Positions 21,915-36,100 of a stretch of DNA of 50,091 nt are shown here, in pieces. Position 1 is the stretch's first letter. Every line of letters begins with the position of its first letter. A model generated the notes under the pieces. It made no database searches. It was not told where the DNA came from and was given only the letters and a program-made list of their open reading frames with translations. The stretch comes from Macrostomum lignano (lineage: Eukaryota), in assembly GCA_002269645.1 (NCBI GenBank), contig NIVC01004332.1:1-50091 (forward strand), given 5' to 3'. The translations under genes and the position numbers were made by a program.

Positions 21915-23260
21915 CTACTGATAAGGAGGCGCCAAAGCTACTGATAAAGGGAGCGGCAAAGCTATTGATAAAGGAAGCGGCAAAGCTACTGATAAAGGAA
22001 GCGGCAAAGCTACTGATAAAGGGAGCGGCAAAGCTATTGATAAAGGAAGCGGCAAAGCTACTGATAAAGGAAGCGGCAAAGCTACTGATAAAGGGAGCGG
22101 CAAAGCTACTGATAAAGGGAGCGGCAAAGCTACTGATAAAGGGAGCGGCAAAGCTATTGATAAAGGAAGCGGCAAAGCTATTGATAAAGGAAGCGGCAAA
22201 GCTATTGATAAAGGAAGCGCCAAAGCTATTGATAAAGGAAGCGGCAAAGCTACTGATAAAGGGAGCGGCAAAGCTATTGATAAAGGAAGCGGCAAAGCTA
22301 CTGATAAAGGGAGCGGCAAAGCTATTGATAAAGGAAGCGGCAAAGCTACTGATAAAGGAAGCGCCAAAGCTACTGATAAAGGGAGCGCCAAAGCTACTGA
22401 TAAAGGAAGCGGCAAAGCTACTGATAAAGGGAGCGCCAAAGCTACTGATAAATGAGCGGCAAAGCTACTGATAAAGCGGGCGCCAAAGCTACTGATAAAG
22501 GGAGCGCCTAAACTACTGATAAATGAGCGGCAAAGCTACTGATAAAGCGGGCGCCAAAGCTACTGATAAAGGGAGCGCCAAAGCTACTGATAAAGGGAGC
22601 GCCTAAACTACTGATGAATGAGCGGCAAAGCTACTGATAAAGCAAGCGCCAAAGCTACTGATAAAGGGAGCGCCAAAGCTACTGATAAAGGGAGCGCCTA
22701 AACTACTGATGAATGAGCGGCAAAGCTACTGATAAAGCGGGCGCCAAAGCTACTGATAAAGGGAGCGCCAAAGCTACTGATAAAGGGAGCGCCTAAACTA
22801 CTGATGAATGAGCGGCAAAGCTACTGATAAAGCAAGCGCCAAAGCTACTGATAAAGGGAGCGCCAAAACTACTGATAAAGGGAGCGCCTAGACTACTGAT
22901 GAATGAGCGGCAAAGCTACTGATAAAGCGGGCGCCAAAGCTACTGATAAAGGGAGCGCCAAAGCTACTGATAAAGGGAGCGCCTAAACTACTGATGAATG
23001 AGCGGCAAAGCTACTGATAAAGCGGGCGCCAAAGCTACTGATAAAGGGAGCGCCAAAGCTACTGATAAAGGGAGCGCCTAAACTACTGATAAATGAGCGC
23101 CAAAGCTACTGATAAAGCGGGCGCCAAAGCTACTGATAAAGGGAGCGCCTAAACTACTGATAAATGAGCGCCAAAGCTACTGATAAAGCGGGCGCCAAAG
23201 CTACTGATAAAGGGAGCGCCAAAGCTACTGATAAAGGGGGCGCCAAAGCTACTGAAAGAT
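21915..23260. repeat. 24-bp minisatellite (aaagctactgataaagggagcggc), intergenic, with higher-order variants after ~22440
   Basis: Direct tandem repeat; 23-bp variants break the reading frames. Confidence 0.93.
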
Positions 23261-23703
23261 TGGCGCTGAATCCACTGAGAAAAAAGCGGGCGCCAAATTT
23301 CAGGTGCGGGAATAAACTAATCCCGGAGCAATTGTTGGCGTCACCGTTTGCTGTCATTGCAGGTTAAGAATTCACAGGATTAGCTTTAGCCAACGCCCAT
23401 CGCAGAGAAAATGTAAAATACTTCTGACTCATCGTCCTGACACTGCTGTGAGTTTACCTTGTCATCAAGCTCATCAAGGATATTCCATTGTAGAAGTTAT
23501 GGAGTCCCGCACCCAGAAGACTAAGGGCGTTGTCCCAATCGGCAGTCTCCGGTTGAGTTGACCCTTACTACTTAATAATTAATTAAAACAGGAACTCTCC
23601 TTCGGTGGGACAGTTCTAAGTATACGGAGTTTTAGGCTTGGACACAATGCAATAAAGTTGGCAGTCTGGCACTCGCTGCAGTTCCAACCACAGCAGGCCT
23701 CGG

Positions 23704-23710
23704 TATATAA
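23704..23710 (+). promoter_or_regulatory. Candidate TATA box (TATATAA) of gene B
   Basis: About 105 nt upstream of ATG 23813. Confidence 0.4.
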
Positions 23711-23812
23711 GCAAACCAGCTTGGGCGGAAAAGCTGTTGTATGTTTTACTCAACAATAGTTAAAAACTTTGTCGGTTCTCTCTGTTATATCATTTCATAA
23801 TCATTATACCGC

Positions 23813-24083
23813 ATGGCAACAATGGCCCAAGCTAGTGTTGAAGAGGTTAGTTCACAGGAAACTCGACTAATGCACAACGGTTCTTCGACTATTGTTACTG
23901 CTGTTGCTGCTGCTGCCGCTGTTGAAGAAGCGCCTGGAACTGATGGACAAGATGATGGAGCTGCTGGCGTTTCAGTGACTGTTGGGCAGCAGGTGAGCAT
24001 ATTCCCGAAGCTATGTATCTATCTATCTATCTATCTATCTGTCTATCTATCTATCTATCTATCTATCTATATATCTATCTATA

Positions 24084-24157
<74 letters not shown>

Positions 24158-27100
24158 AATAACTAACTAACTAACTTTTCCAACTAACCTGAAAAGTCGT
24201 GGACTCCTGATATTTGCCCTACTGCTAATTGCTCAAGTAAAGTTCATGATACACTCATATTTGGCACTATTAGACTGACGGTGCTGAGGCAAGCGGCTCC
24301 ATCGCTCTGGATGCTGCAGTCAGCTGCCAATGCCAGCCACTTGACCAGCTAAGAACTCTCCTGCGCGACTATTTGGTGAGAATTTTTTACACTTGCGCTA
24401 AATATGCTACTGTATGTAGCCTTCTTTAGTAGTATAATGCACAGATGAAATTCAATATTCTTTGACATTATCGTATACTTTTTTTAGTACCGAAAATATA
24501 GTAGTGACGATGCAAATAATGCTATACTGTACATTACCTGTTAGATACACCTGTTAAACAAGATTATCATCTGTTAGACACGCATGTTAGATAACCACAT
24601 CGCCTGTTAGAAACACGTGTTAGATAATACCTCGCCTGTTAGACACATGTGTTAGATTATTTCTCGCCTGTTAGAGACACTTGTTAGATTATTTCCCGCC
24701 TGTTAGACACACATGTTAGATAATACCTCGCCTGTTAGACACATGTGTTAGATTATTTCTCGCCTGTTAGACACACGTGTTAGATAATACCTCGCCTGTT
24801 AGACACACACGTTAGATAATACCTCACCTGTTAGACACATGTGTTAGATTATTTCTCGCCTGTTAGACACACTTGTTAGATTATTTCTCGCCTGTTAGAC
24901 ACACGTGTTAGATAATACCTCACCTGTTAGACACACATGTTAGATAATACCTCGCCTGTTAGACACTTGTGTTAGATTATTTCTCGCCTGTTAGACACAC
25001 GTGTTAGATAATACATGTACCTCGCCTGTTAGACACAAATGTTAGATAGTCCATCGCTTGTTAGACACACATGTTAGATAACGCCTCGCCTGTTAGACAA
25101 GCATTTTATAACCCGAACCCTCTCCCCTCCACAAGTCCGAAGAGCAGCGTCTCGAACAGGAGCTGCAGCGCCGGCAAGAAGTCCTGGCCGCCGCCGACGC
25201 CGCCACCGCCGCCAACGCCGGCCAAGACGACGAAATTGAATCGTTGCGCAGCCGGCTGCGGAAGCTCGCCGCGGACTATCAGAGCAGGGAGGAGGCCCTG
25301 CTGGCCACCTGCGACCCTGTGCAGGTGTTGGACTTCTACGAATTCAAATTGGCCGCTCTGAGCGCCGCCGGCGGCGGCGGCGGCGGAGGCGGTTTCAGTA
25401 GCGCGGCAACCTCGCGTCGACAATCCACAGCTTCAAGGACTACCACGACTTCCGCAGTTGGAATGGAAACCCGTCATCATCATCAGCAGCAGCAGCCGCC
25501 GGCTTTAGATAAGCTGCGACGTCAGATTGACAGCCTGAACCAGGCGATGTCGGTGTTCACCGAGGCCAGTCAGCAGTTCAACAGTCTGATGGCGATGGAG
25601 GCCCGGCTTTATGACAATGGCGAGAAGCAGACATCGCAGCATCAGCAGCAGCAGCAGCATCACGGATACGAGGGTAAGGAAATTGAGATGGGTGCTGATT
25701 AACTGAACCTGAAGATGAAGAATTGATCAAAGGACATCAGTGAAATACGCAACAGGGTGTCCCTAGTGCCACCCGTTGAAGGTCCAGAAGCTCCGCCTTG
25801 GTGAAGGTCGACGTGCTGATGAAATTTGGAGGCTTGGCAAGGCTGCACTGAGGCGCAGTGCTGATAGGCGCACACGGGTGTACTGAATACACTGACGCTT
25901 ATGGGAAAAATCCGACCCTCTGGCAAAATCGTTGAATATCTCGACGGTCCGGAGGGCTTGGTGACTTGATTTTTGTTTGAGAAGGTGCGCAACAAAAAGT
26001 TTTCTTGTATTCTTGAATTTCGTGTGCCTGCGTTGCTCCGTTTATATTACAATAATACTAATAATAACAATAATAATTGACGACATCCGCCCTAATGGCC
26101 AGATGTGCAACCGACAGCTCAGCCGCAGCTATTGCGCGGCGCATCTGAAGGCTGCGTACGGCTGTTCAGTCCAAGCACTGGGGGGTCGCCACACACAGCC
26201 TCAATTACCCATGCTGGCACCCATTTTACAGCTGGGTGAACTGAAGCAATGCAGAGTTCAGTGTCTTGCTCAAGGACACAGATTGTTTTCAGTGGGATCG
26301 GGAATCGAACCCCCGACCTTCAAGTCATGAGTCCGACGCTCTGACCACTAGGCTACAACCCCCAAGCAAAAGAAAGAATTTTTTCAAGAAGAAGTATATT
26401 TTATTTTATAACCTAAAGTGATTACTGACCAATCGGCTCTCTGAACTACCAGAATCCATCATCATCATCATTAATCGACATTTCATGCCGGTATGTTTGC
26501 ATAAATATCTTTTTTAAAGGGAGCGACAAGTCCAAAAAGGATTCAATATTGTTCTTTTTGAAAATCAGCGTCCGTGTTATTCGTCAGGTCTGGTGCTTGA
26601 GCCATGGACAGCTAAAGCAAAAGGACGTGCTACTCTCACAGAACTCTGACCGAATTATCGGAAAATGTGTTTTATCTGGGGTGTACTCATAAGTCTAACT
26701 AGTAAGTTCTACTATCTAAGCAAAATTTCTGTTGTTTTCTATCTCTATTTTGTGGCGAAGACCGTCCTTCTGATTTAGCTGTCCTTGATTTGACCTCTTT
26801 ACTCAGCACAGCCCCTGCAGCAGAGCAACTTCGGAGTCGCTCAGAGCTCTCTCTGACACTCCGAAGCATCTCATGAAGCCTTGAAACACGCGGTTGTGAC
26901 CGGCATTGCGGCTGACGGCTCCGATCTGCACGCTGCTGCCGAAGTTCACGCATGAGGTCAAAGCGGTGGCCGAGCCGCTGGTGGCCTGTCGAGTTTCGTT
27001 GACGAGGATCCTGATTTCCGGTGTCTGCTTGTCGTACACCGCGGCGATGTGGGTCCAACCGCTGGCCGTGTCGGTGGGTCCGGACACTCGGACCTTCGAT

Positions 27101-30100
27101 GCAACGGTGAACTCGATGTCGGTAGTTGTAGGATGAAGCCAAAACCGAGTGTGGCATGAAGAAGGCATGGTGAGGCCCTCCAGCAGAGGCATCGCACCTC
27201 TCGCTGGGTTGGTGACCTTGACCCACACTGACATGGTGAAGCTGGTGAGACACACCGAAGTCAGCTCGTCAATGTTGAACCTCTCTGACACACCCGACTG
27301 ACCAGTGAAGTTGACGGCGCTGTCCGTGTACTGCATCGGGATGTTCTCCTGCAGGTCGAGATGGCCGCTGTTCGAGACCGCATTGCGAGTCCGAGTGGCG
27401 TTGCTCATGGGCCAGAAGGCGACGAGGCCGAGCTGGCGCAGGGCGCTCCACGCCTGGCAGTCGGTGTCGTTCGTCAGACTGGCGGTCTGGAGGCTGTCGG
27501 ACATGTTGCAGACGCCTGCGCGGTGGCTCCAGGTGATGCAGGGACGACGGAGCTGAGAGCACAGGAAGGCGCACATGCGGGCGCTCGAGGCCGTCAGCGA
27601 GTGCTGCGGAGTCTGCGGCACCACGCAGCCGCCGAGCGAGATGCTACTGTGCAGCTCGGCGTTCGCACCGAGGCAGAAAAGCAGGCCGAGAAGCAGCGGC
27701 AGAAGCAGAAGCATTGTTGCTTTGGAATTTCGACACGATCTACAGAAGTGAGGATGGAAAGGCAGATTGCATGCTATATTTAACTAGTCTTGATTTGTCA
27801 ATAGAATCATACACCATTGCCTGGCTTGTTTGCTCTGTTTTCCCAATATTTGACGGTGCGAAAGAAGATAATGGAACGCGGATCGATCGTATGTTGCATT
27901 CGTATTGACATACTACTCGTAAATATGCGAGAAATTTGACTTGTCAATTTTACGCGCTGCTTTGCAACCAAAACTTATTTGTTGAGTGCTTCGGCAGTTC
28001 TACTGCTAGTAGTGTGATTAGTAGTACCTAGTATTTAGTAGTAGCTTGTCTATGGTCAGTTCTCCCAACTTGTCTATGGTCAATACTCCCAACTTGTCTA
28101 TGGTCAATACTCCCAACTTGTCTATGGTCAATACTCCCAACTTGTCTATGGTCAATACTCCCAACTTGTCTATGGTCAATACTCCCAACTTGTCTATGGT
28201 CAATACTCCCAACTTGTCTATGGTCAATACTCCCAACTTGTCTATGTTCAATACTCCTTTTTTGTTTATGATCCTGCGAAAAAATCTTTTTCTTCGATAA
28301 AATTCTCCAACGCAGCACCACAGGCCATAAAATTTCTACGAGTATGTTCAAAGACTGCAGCGGATCGTTAGGGAAAAAGTTTGAAATGCTTTTCAGCCTC
28401 AGCTGCATCCCATGCTCAGAGCATGACTGATTGACACGAATTCCACTATCTATTGTGTATACATGTAGCTGCTAGCGTGTTGAAACGAGTGCTGGATTTC
28501 TAACCAACCTCTCTCATAAAAAAGCTAGGGCTTAGCTCTATTTGCAGACTTTTGCAGCAATTTATACGTACCTCCCAGAACCATTCTTTCCCTCCCTTAT
28601 CTCAACAGCCTGGCAACCTCGCCCCCCCCCCCCAACTGCATTAAGCCGTATTCAGGTGTACTAGACTGCGATCGATAATAAATAAGAAATTCTCGCCATC
28701 TGTCGATACAAGGCTTTGCGCGCACACACAAAATGCTACCAACCTAGCTTTAATCCCGTTTCCAATTGAGTTAGTGCACTAATTCAGGGTTAATAATGGG
28801 TGGGCTCTCTTTTTATTCAGCAGGAAATTAACCACTGCCTCTCTCATCCCCTTTTTCTTTTTTAAATATATTTCCTTTTCTTATTAAATTGGTTTTTAAG
28901 CCATCGTCTGTGAAGCTTCTTTGTTAATTGACCGACCGGCATTCAGACTTATCCTGGACGGCTGTCAGTGCGATGGGTTCACGGGCAGGGAAATCATTTC
29001 GTCTGTGGCTGCTGCCTGCCTCACTCCCAACTGGCTCCTCACCTCTCACCCTCCTTCACCCCACTCCCATCTCCCTTCTCAAATCTTCACTCTCCCTTCT
29101 CCCCTCCCCCTCTCACCTCTCTCCTCTCCCTTCCTTCTCCCCGTTCTTTTCTCTCTTGTCCCCCCACACTTCTCCCATCTCCCCTCTCTCTTCTCCCTTC
29201 TCTCCTCTCACTTCTCTTCTCTTCCCTCTCCCTTCTCCTCTCTCCCTTCTCCCATCTCCCCTCTCCCTTCTCACCTCCCTCTTCTTCCCTCCCCCTTCTC
29301 CCCACTTCTATCTCTCTCATCTCCACCCTCTCTCCCCGTCTCCTCCAATCCATAATCAGCCATAAACCAATCCAATTACACTCGCTTCAGCAAGTCCTTG
29401 ATGTTTCGCATTGTGATGTTTCGTGATGTTTCGCATTGACTTGACTCTGCCAACACTGTGCGCTCAGTGGTTCTCAAGTATTTTAATACTCTAAAAGCAA
29501 AAACTCGTAACGCCTTTCAGGAGCGGTCAGTGAGACTTCGGCTACTGGCTATTCGAACCGGCACTCGCCAGTGATGTACAGTTCGGCTAGTAGGGCTGCT
29601 TCGGTTGCTGGGGGAAGCTCGGTGCACCATTCGCCAGGTGAGCATCTGTTACTCTTTGAAAACTTTAAACACTATAAGCTTCACCTATCAAGCAGAACCT
29701 TCACCAAAACCGGAACCTTCACCAAAATCAGAACCTTCACCTATCAAGCAGAACCTTCACCAAAACCGGAACCTTCACCAAAATCAGAACCTTCACCTAT
29801 CAAGCAGAACCTTCACCAAAACCGGAACCTTCACCAAAATCAGAACCTTCACCAAAACCAGAACCTTCACCAAAACCAGAACCTTCACCAAAATCAGAAC
29901 CTTCACCAAAACCGGAACCTACACCAAAACCAGAACCTTCACCAAAACCAGAACCTTCACCAAAACCAGAACCTTCACCAAAACCAGAACCTTCACCAAA
30001 ACCAGAACCTTCACCAAAATCAGAAGATCTGCAGTCAGACCTTTTAAGTGAAGCATTGCCTTTATCTGTCTATCTGTGCGCCAGAGTAACCAACTCTGGC

Positions 30101-33100
30101 GCACAGATTGGCTAAAAAAGAGAGATAGGGGAAGAGAGCAATAGCAGCGCCAAGTCCGAGCGAGGAACACTACTTCTGCTCATCTAGTCCAGAGTGCAGT
30201 GGTGAGTCCTGCCTCCCTGATGAAGATGGCACTCTCTAGCGGTGCGTGTCCTGTCCAATCCTGTGGAGGGTAGAGCTGTCGGAGGGTAGGGATAGGGAGC
30301 TGGGGCTGATAGGTAGGAAGAGGGGATGCCGTGAGGACTGAAGGGAAGAGAAGTGTCCATCCCGTTCCTCCCTGAGTTCACAGCTCGCACGATTCTCTCA
30401 ACCCAAAATTCATCAGCCGATCCAAGTCAGAATTCAAAAACAAAAAGCAGGTCAATGCCGACTAAATTACTGCTACTAGAACAAGATTCTCTCGAGAACA
30501 AACATGGAATCAGAAGAGAACAGCAGCAGTAGTATCATTATTGACGTGAATTCGTCAGACAGCAGCCAGCTGTCCCGACTGCACGTGTACATCGGGGGCG
30601 AACGGTTCAATGGTGACGTCACCTCAGACACCGACTCCGCTCTCGCAGGTTGTCAGGCCGCATCGTCGCAAACCAACTTCACAAAGCGGCAGCAGCATCA
30701 GCAGCTTCAGCAATACTCTACGAGTCTGCAGGCGGATGCTGGACAGTCTCAGCATCATCAGCATCGAGTTTGCGAGCTCACTATCGCCGGACTCAAGGCC
30801 GCCCTGGCCGACGCCGAGCACGCAGTCGGGCGTCGGTCAGCAGCTCGCACAGAGGAGATCCGCCAGCTGACGTTCGAGCTGCGCGGGGTGCAAGCCAGAC
30901 TGGCGGCGAGTCAGGCTGATGAAGCTCGGATGCGGGAGGAGAGAAGGAAGCTGAGCGTGAGGCTGGGCTCATGGGGACAATCTAATACTATGTTGAGAGG
31001 CTGTGGTGTTCGTTGCTAAGGGGATTCGCTTTTGGGACTCAGTTGGGATTCATTTGGGATTCATATGGGATTCAGTTGGGATTCAGTTGGGATTCATTTG
31101 GGATGCAGTTGGGATTCATTTGGGACTCAGTTGGGATTCATTTGGGATGCAGTTGGGATTCATTTGGGACTCAGTTGGGACCCATTTAAGATTCAGTTGG
31201 GATTCAGTTGGGATTCATTTGGGATTCATTTGGGATTCAGTTGATAAAAATTTTGGATTCATTTGGGATCCATTTGGTAATCAGTTGGGATTCAATTTGA
31301 GATTATTTTGGGATTATTTTGGGATTCAGTTGGGATTCCTTTGGGAATTTTTTAGCACTGTACTCTAACAATGTACTTTAACCAACGTACTTGAAACAGT
31401 GTAGCTTAAACAATGTACTGTATGTAACAATTTAATATTAAAATCTACTTTAAAATGTACTTAATATTTAATATTTAATATTTTTACACTTATAATTTTA
31501 TTTTTTACTGTACTTGAAAAGTGCTTCAAACTCTGAGCTATTACCAATCAAAAGAATCAATTCCGGATGGGTCCTCACAAAAAGAACGCGCACGCAAAAA
31601 ACTCCCCCCGTCCCTCAGGAGGCCAACGAGCGCCTCGTTGACGAATCCTCCGAGCTCCGCCGCCAGCTGGACCGGGCTCGCGCCGAGGCCGCCGAGGCTG
31701 CCGACGCCGGACGCGAACTCCGTACCTCGCTAACCGACTTACAATCTGACAAAGCCGAACTGCTGGCTGGGCTCGAGGCCGTCTGCTCCGAGAAAAACCG
31801 TCTGCATGAGCGATTGAGCTGCCTGGAGGCTGAGCGAGCTCGACTCGCTGAGGTGTCGGCGGAGGCCTCGGCAGAGCTGTCGGCGCAGCGTCAGGAACGC
31901 GTGGAGCTGCGGCAGCGGCTGCAACAGGCGGAGTCGGCGGCTGCGTCCGTTGAAGCGTCCAAGGCTCGATGCGTTGAGCTGACTGAGCAGCTGCGGATGA
32001 CGGAGCGAAGGGCGGAGAGTCTGATGGAGGCCCGGGACGCCGCTCAGGTTGGTTCCTTTGACCTTCTTTGACCTCTCTTGTTTTGATTTGAGGGTTTCAC
32101 GGAAAGACGTTCCGAGTGACGCATAAGTTGTCCTTGGATTCATAATCTACTTGTCCATTGTCTCTTAATTTTTTTTAAAGAAGAAAAACAATTTTTAGTA
32201 CTTTGTTTTCTTAGAAACTATTTTTTTCATTGTGGCCTTTTAATTTGTCAAAGCCTAATTTTTATTCAATTATTTTCTTATTTAACGGTTATTTTATTTT
32301 GTATTATCGAGGCCACGATGTATTTGCATCATAATTTCTTAGAAAGACGGACATTATGTACGATATAATGTTCAGGAAAATCAATCATTTCATCTTTTAT
32401 AACTTCCTAAAAATTCAGTCATTTTATAGGACATAATTTCCTAGAAAATCAGAGATTTAAACGATTTAATTTCTTAGAAAACCAATCAATTTCATTCATG
32501 TTTTGTTATTAATATTTAATTTAATTTATTCTTGTTTCTAAGAAATCAGGTCATTTTCTTTTTTCTTAGAAAAGTATACTTCTACGAATTCAATTTGTAC
32601 AAAAAATAATAAGCATCCCAAACCAATCCGCAGGAATCCCTAGAAAAGTGCCGATCATACCAATCACAACGCGACCGCGACTACCAAGCGGCACTTGACG
32701 CAACCGCCGCCCTGGAGGAGTCGCTGTCAGTTCAGCAGGCGTCAGTAGCCCGGCTGAGCAGCCACTCGGCAGAATTGGAGCGTCAGAAACTTCAACTAGC
32801 CGACGCCTGCGTTCGTTGGAGCGATCAGCACGCCGAGACTCAGGCAGCTCTGGACACCGCCGAGTCAAGGATCCAGCAGCTCAGCGCGGAGAGAGATCAG
32901 CTTAAGTCGCGTCTGGATGACTTGACCGACGCTTGGGATGAGGTTGGGGTTGCGGCCTTTGCTTTTGCTGGTTCGGTTGGAAACGGGGGGTTAGACAGTT
33001 ATCCTGCGTAACCTGTTAGACACACCTGTGATATGTTAGACACACCTGTGATATGTTAGACACACCTGTGATATGTTAGACACACCTGTGATATGTTAGA

Positions 33101-36100
33101 CACACCTGTGATATCTTAGACACACCTGTGATATGTTAGACACACCTGTGATATGTTAGACACACCTGTGATATTTTAGACACACCTGTAACCTGTTAGA
33201 CACACCTGAAACCTGTTAGACACACCTGTAACCTGTTAGACACACCTGTGATATGTTAGACACACCTGTAGTTATCTGTTAGACACACCTGCAACCTGTT
33301 AGACGCACCTGTAGTTATCTGTTAGACACACCTGTTAGACACAGCCCCGATAAAAAATTTCAAAATTTCTTATCAACTTTATTCTTCTTTTGTAAATAAA
33401 TCATGGAAAATGTCATTATTTCTACTTTTTATCACAAATAAGTAGTATAAAAAGCAAATTAGAATTCAACAACAGAAAATCCAACAACTTGCCAGGTTCG
33501 CGGCGAAGTGGAAACCGGCTACGGGGCCCGGGCCAGGCTGCAGTCCGAGCTGCGCGAGTCGCAGGCGGAGGCGGCCACCTGGCGAGCCAGCTGCCTGCAG
33601 CTGGAGGAGGAGCGCCGCGGCCTGGAGCATCGGCGAGAAACCTTGGAAATTGAGCGAACTCGGCTGCAGACTGAACTGGCCGAACTGCGCTCGGAGCTGC
33701 AGAATCGAGAGACTGCGACTTCTAGGCTGGCCTGGGAGAAGGAGCAGGTACAGCTGGAAATTTACTGTCGGCTTTTTATAACAAACAATAAATTTTTTTC
33801 TCCCATATAGCTTATAATTTAGCTAGATACATGTATAGTAAGTTTAGAACTTTTAATATTTTCAAGATTTAGCACTTTCTTAGAAATAAAAAGTCTTGTA
33901 TAAAATTTGCTTTCTTAGAAAATTTATTCTAACAGCTTTTCTAAGAAATAAAGCATACGCTTCTAAGGAACTTCTTTTCAAGAAAGAAAATCTGGTTCAG
34001 TCATTTATTACTCTTCATTTTAACTTGCACTTATCATTTTTTAAAATTGCATTATTTGTTTTTCTTGGAAAAATTCGATAGAACTTCTTAGAAACTATAA
34101 GAATTCCATTTTTTATTTTAACCTTTGAGCAAAGCAAAGTGAGTTGTATTGACTTGAACTTTTTTACAATCGTGATTTTTAGCTCACATTTTTATTAGAA
34201 ACGATTCCCACTTTCTGAGAAATCACCCAATATTTTGAATGTCTTTCTGTCACATAAAAAATCCGGAAAAAATTAACTACTTGAAAACGGCAAAAAAATC
34301 AAACTGCTTCCCAGACCGAGCAACAACGCACCGAGCTTCTTACTGAAGTTGATCGCCTCCGATCTCAACTATCCGCTGCCGACGCTGCTTCTCGTTGTCA
34401 TGGCAACAACTGCGCCGCGGCCGTCTCAGTGCAGCAGCAGCAGCAGCAACTGGAGGCTGTGCAGCGGTCGTTTTCTGAATTGTCAGAAAAATGGGAGCGA
34501 ACTTTAGAAGAGAATTCGGTGCTACAGGGCACAGCGATTGAGTTAAGGACTAAACTCAATAGCCGAGCAATGTGAGTTGTTATTTATTGATTCATAAAAC
34601 TAAAATTTGCTTTCAAAGACTATGCGCAAAATTTCCTCTATTTGAAGCGAGTGAAATGGTGAGTTGCAAACTTAATAATTTCCTAACTATACTACTTATT
34701 TCAGTTTAAGTAGGCAAGTAACGAGTTAAAGCAACTTTTTATTCAGATCAAATACAGGTTCTAAAGTAGCTTTAGATACGTTGACTGACTACAAAGCCTA
34801 TCGAATTTGATTGTCAGTAGTAGGTTGTGTTTTCTTTGAATTTTTTTATTAAAACAAAGAGAAAAACTATTGTTTATCTTTTTCTTTTCAACGCACGCAG
34901 CCGACTGGACCAGTGCATGGCTGAGAATGCCCGTCTTCGGGACCTGCTGCGCAAAGGCCAGCAGAGCAGCTCTCGCATGGCCATCGAGTTCGGTTCCAAC
35001 ACCAGCGGATTCAGTGAAACAACAGTCTCCGAAACGTGAGCAATATGCTACTGAAGCAGCTTTTTCTTAGAGCACAATTCGTAGGAAGCTTTCTTAGAAA
35101 TCTGTTTTTCCTAGAAACCTAACCATGAAAAAGTGATTTTCTTAGAAACTTAACCACGAAAAAGTGATTTTCTTAGAAATTATCCATGAAAAAGTGATTT
35201 TCTTAGAAACTTAACCATGAAAAAAGTGATTTTCCTAAAAACTTAACCATGAAAAAAGGGATTTTCCTAAAAACTTAACCATGAAAAAGTGATTTTCTTA
35301 GAAACTTAACCAAGAAAAAGTGATTTTCTTAGAAACTTAACCATTAAAAAGTGATTTTCTTAGTAGCTTAACCATGAAAAAGTGATTTTCCTAGAAACTT
35401 AACCATGAAAATGTGATTTTCTTAGAAACTTAACTATTAAAAAGTGATTTTCTTAGAAACTTAACCATGAAAAAGTGATTTTCCTAGAAACTTAACCATG
35501 AAAAAGTGATTTTCTTAGAAACTTAACCATGAAAAAGTGATTTTCCTAGAAACTTAACCATGAAAATGTTTTTTCTTAGAAACTTGACTATAAAAAAGTG
35601 ATTTTCTTAGAAACTCAACTATGAAAACGTTATTTTCTTAGAAACCATGCAATCACGTGTATTTTATGCATAGATACCCTTTCTACACACTTTAGTATAA
35701 AAAATGCATTAAGGTTTTATAGATAGACATGCTAGTAAAAAGGTCTCCATTGAACTAGCTTACTAAGGTACCCTCACATTAATTGTTCTTTGCAGCATCC
35801 TTGAAGAGAAGAACCGCCACATCCAGAGGCTTCTGGCTCAGATCAGCCGGTTGACAAGTGTGCTGAAATCTACCAGTTCGCTTGGCGGCTCAGCCTCCGA
35901 GCTGCATCAGCAGAGCCTGTCCGACAGTCGGCCAGCCACTCCGTCTCCAAAGTTTGCAGCTTCATCGGAGGCTGTGTCGGCAGCGGCGGCTGTCACGTCG
36001 TCAGCGTCTAGCGTTGTTGGCTGGCGAGGCAGTCAGGCAGAGCATTTGAGAACTCGTGTTTTGCAGGTGAGCACCTTTCTTGATCAATATGTCAGCGTTT

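Noticed and set aside
25674-25702. Gene B ending at TAA 25700-25702 as a separate small gene
   Set aside because: A strong phase-1 donor at 25673 joins in frame to 29521-29637 and 30514. Read-through remains possible as a minor isoform.
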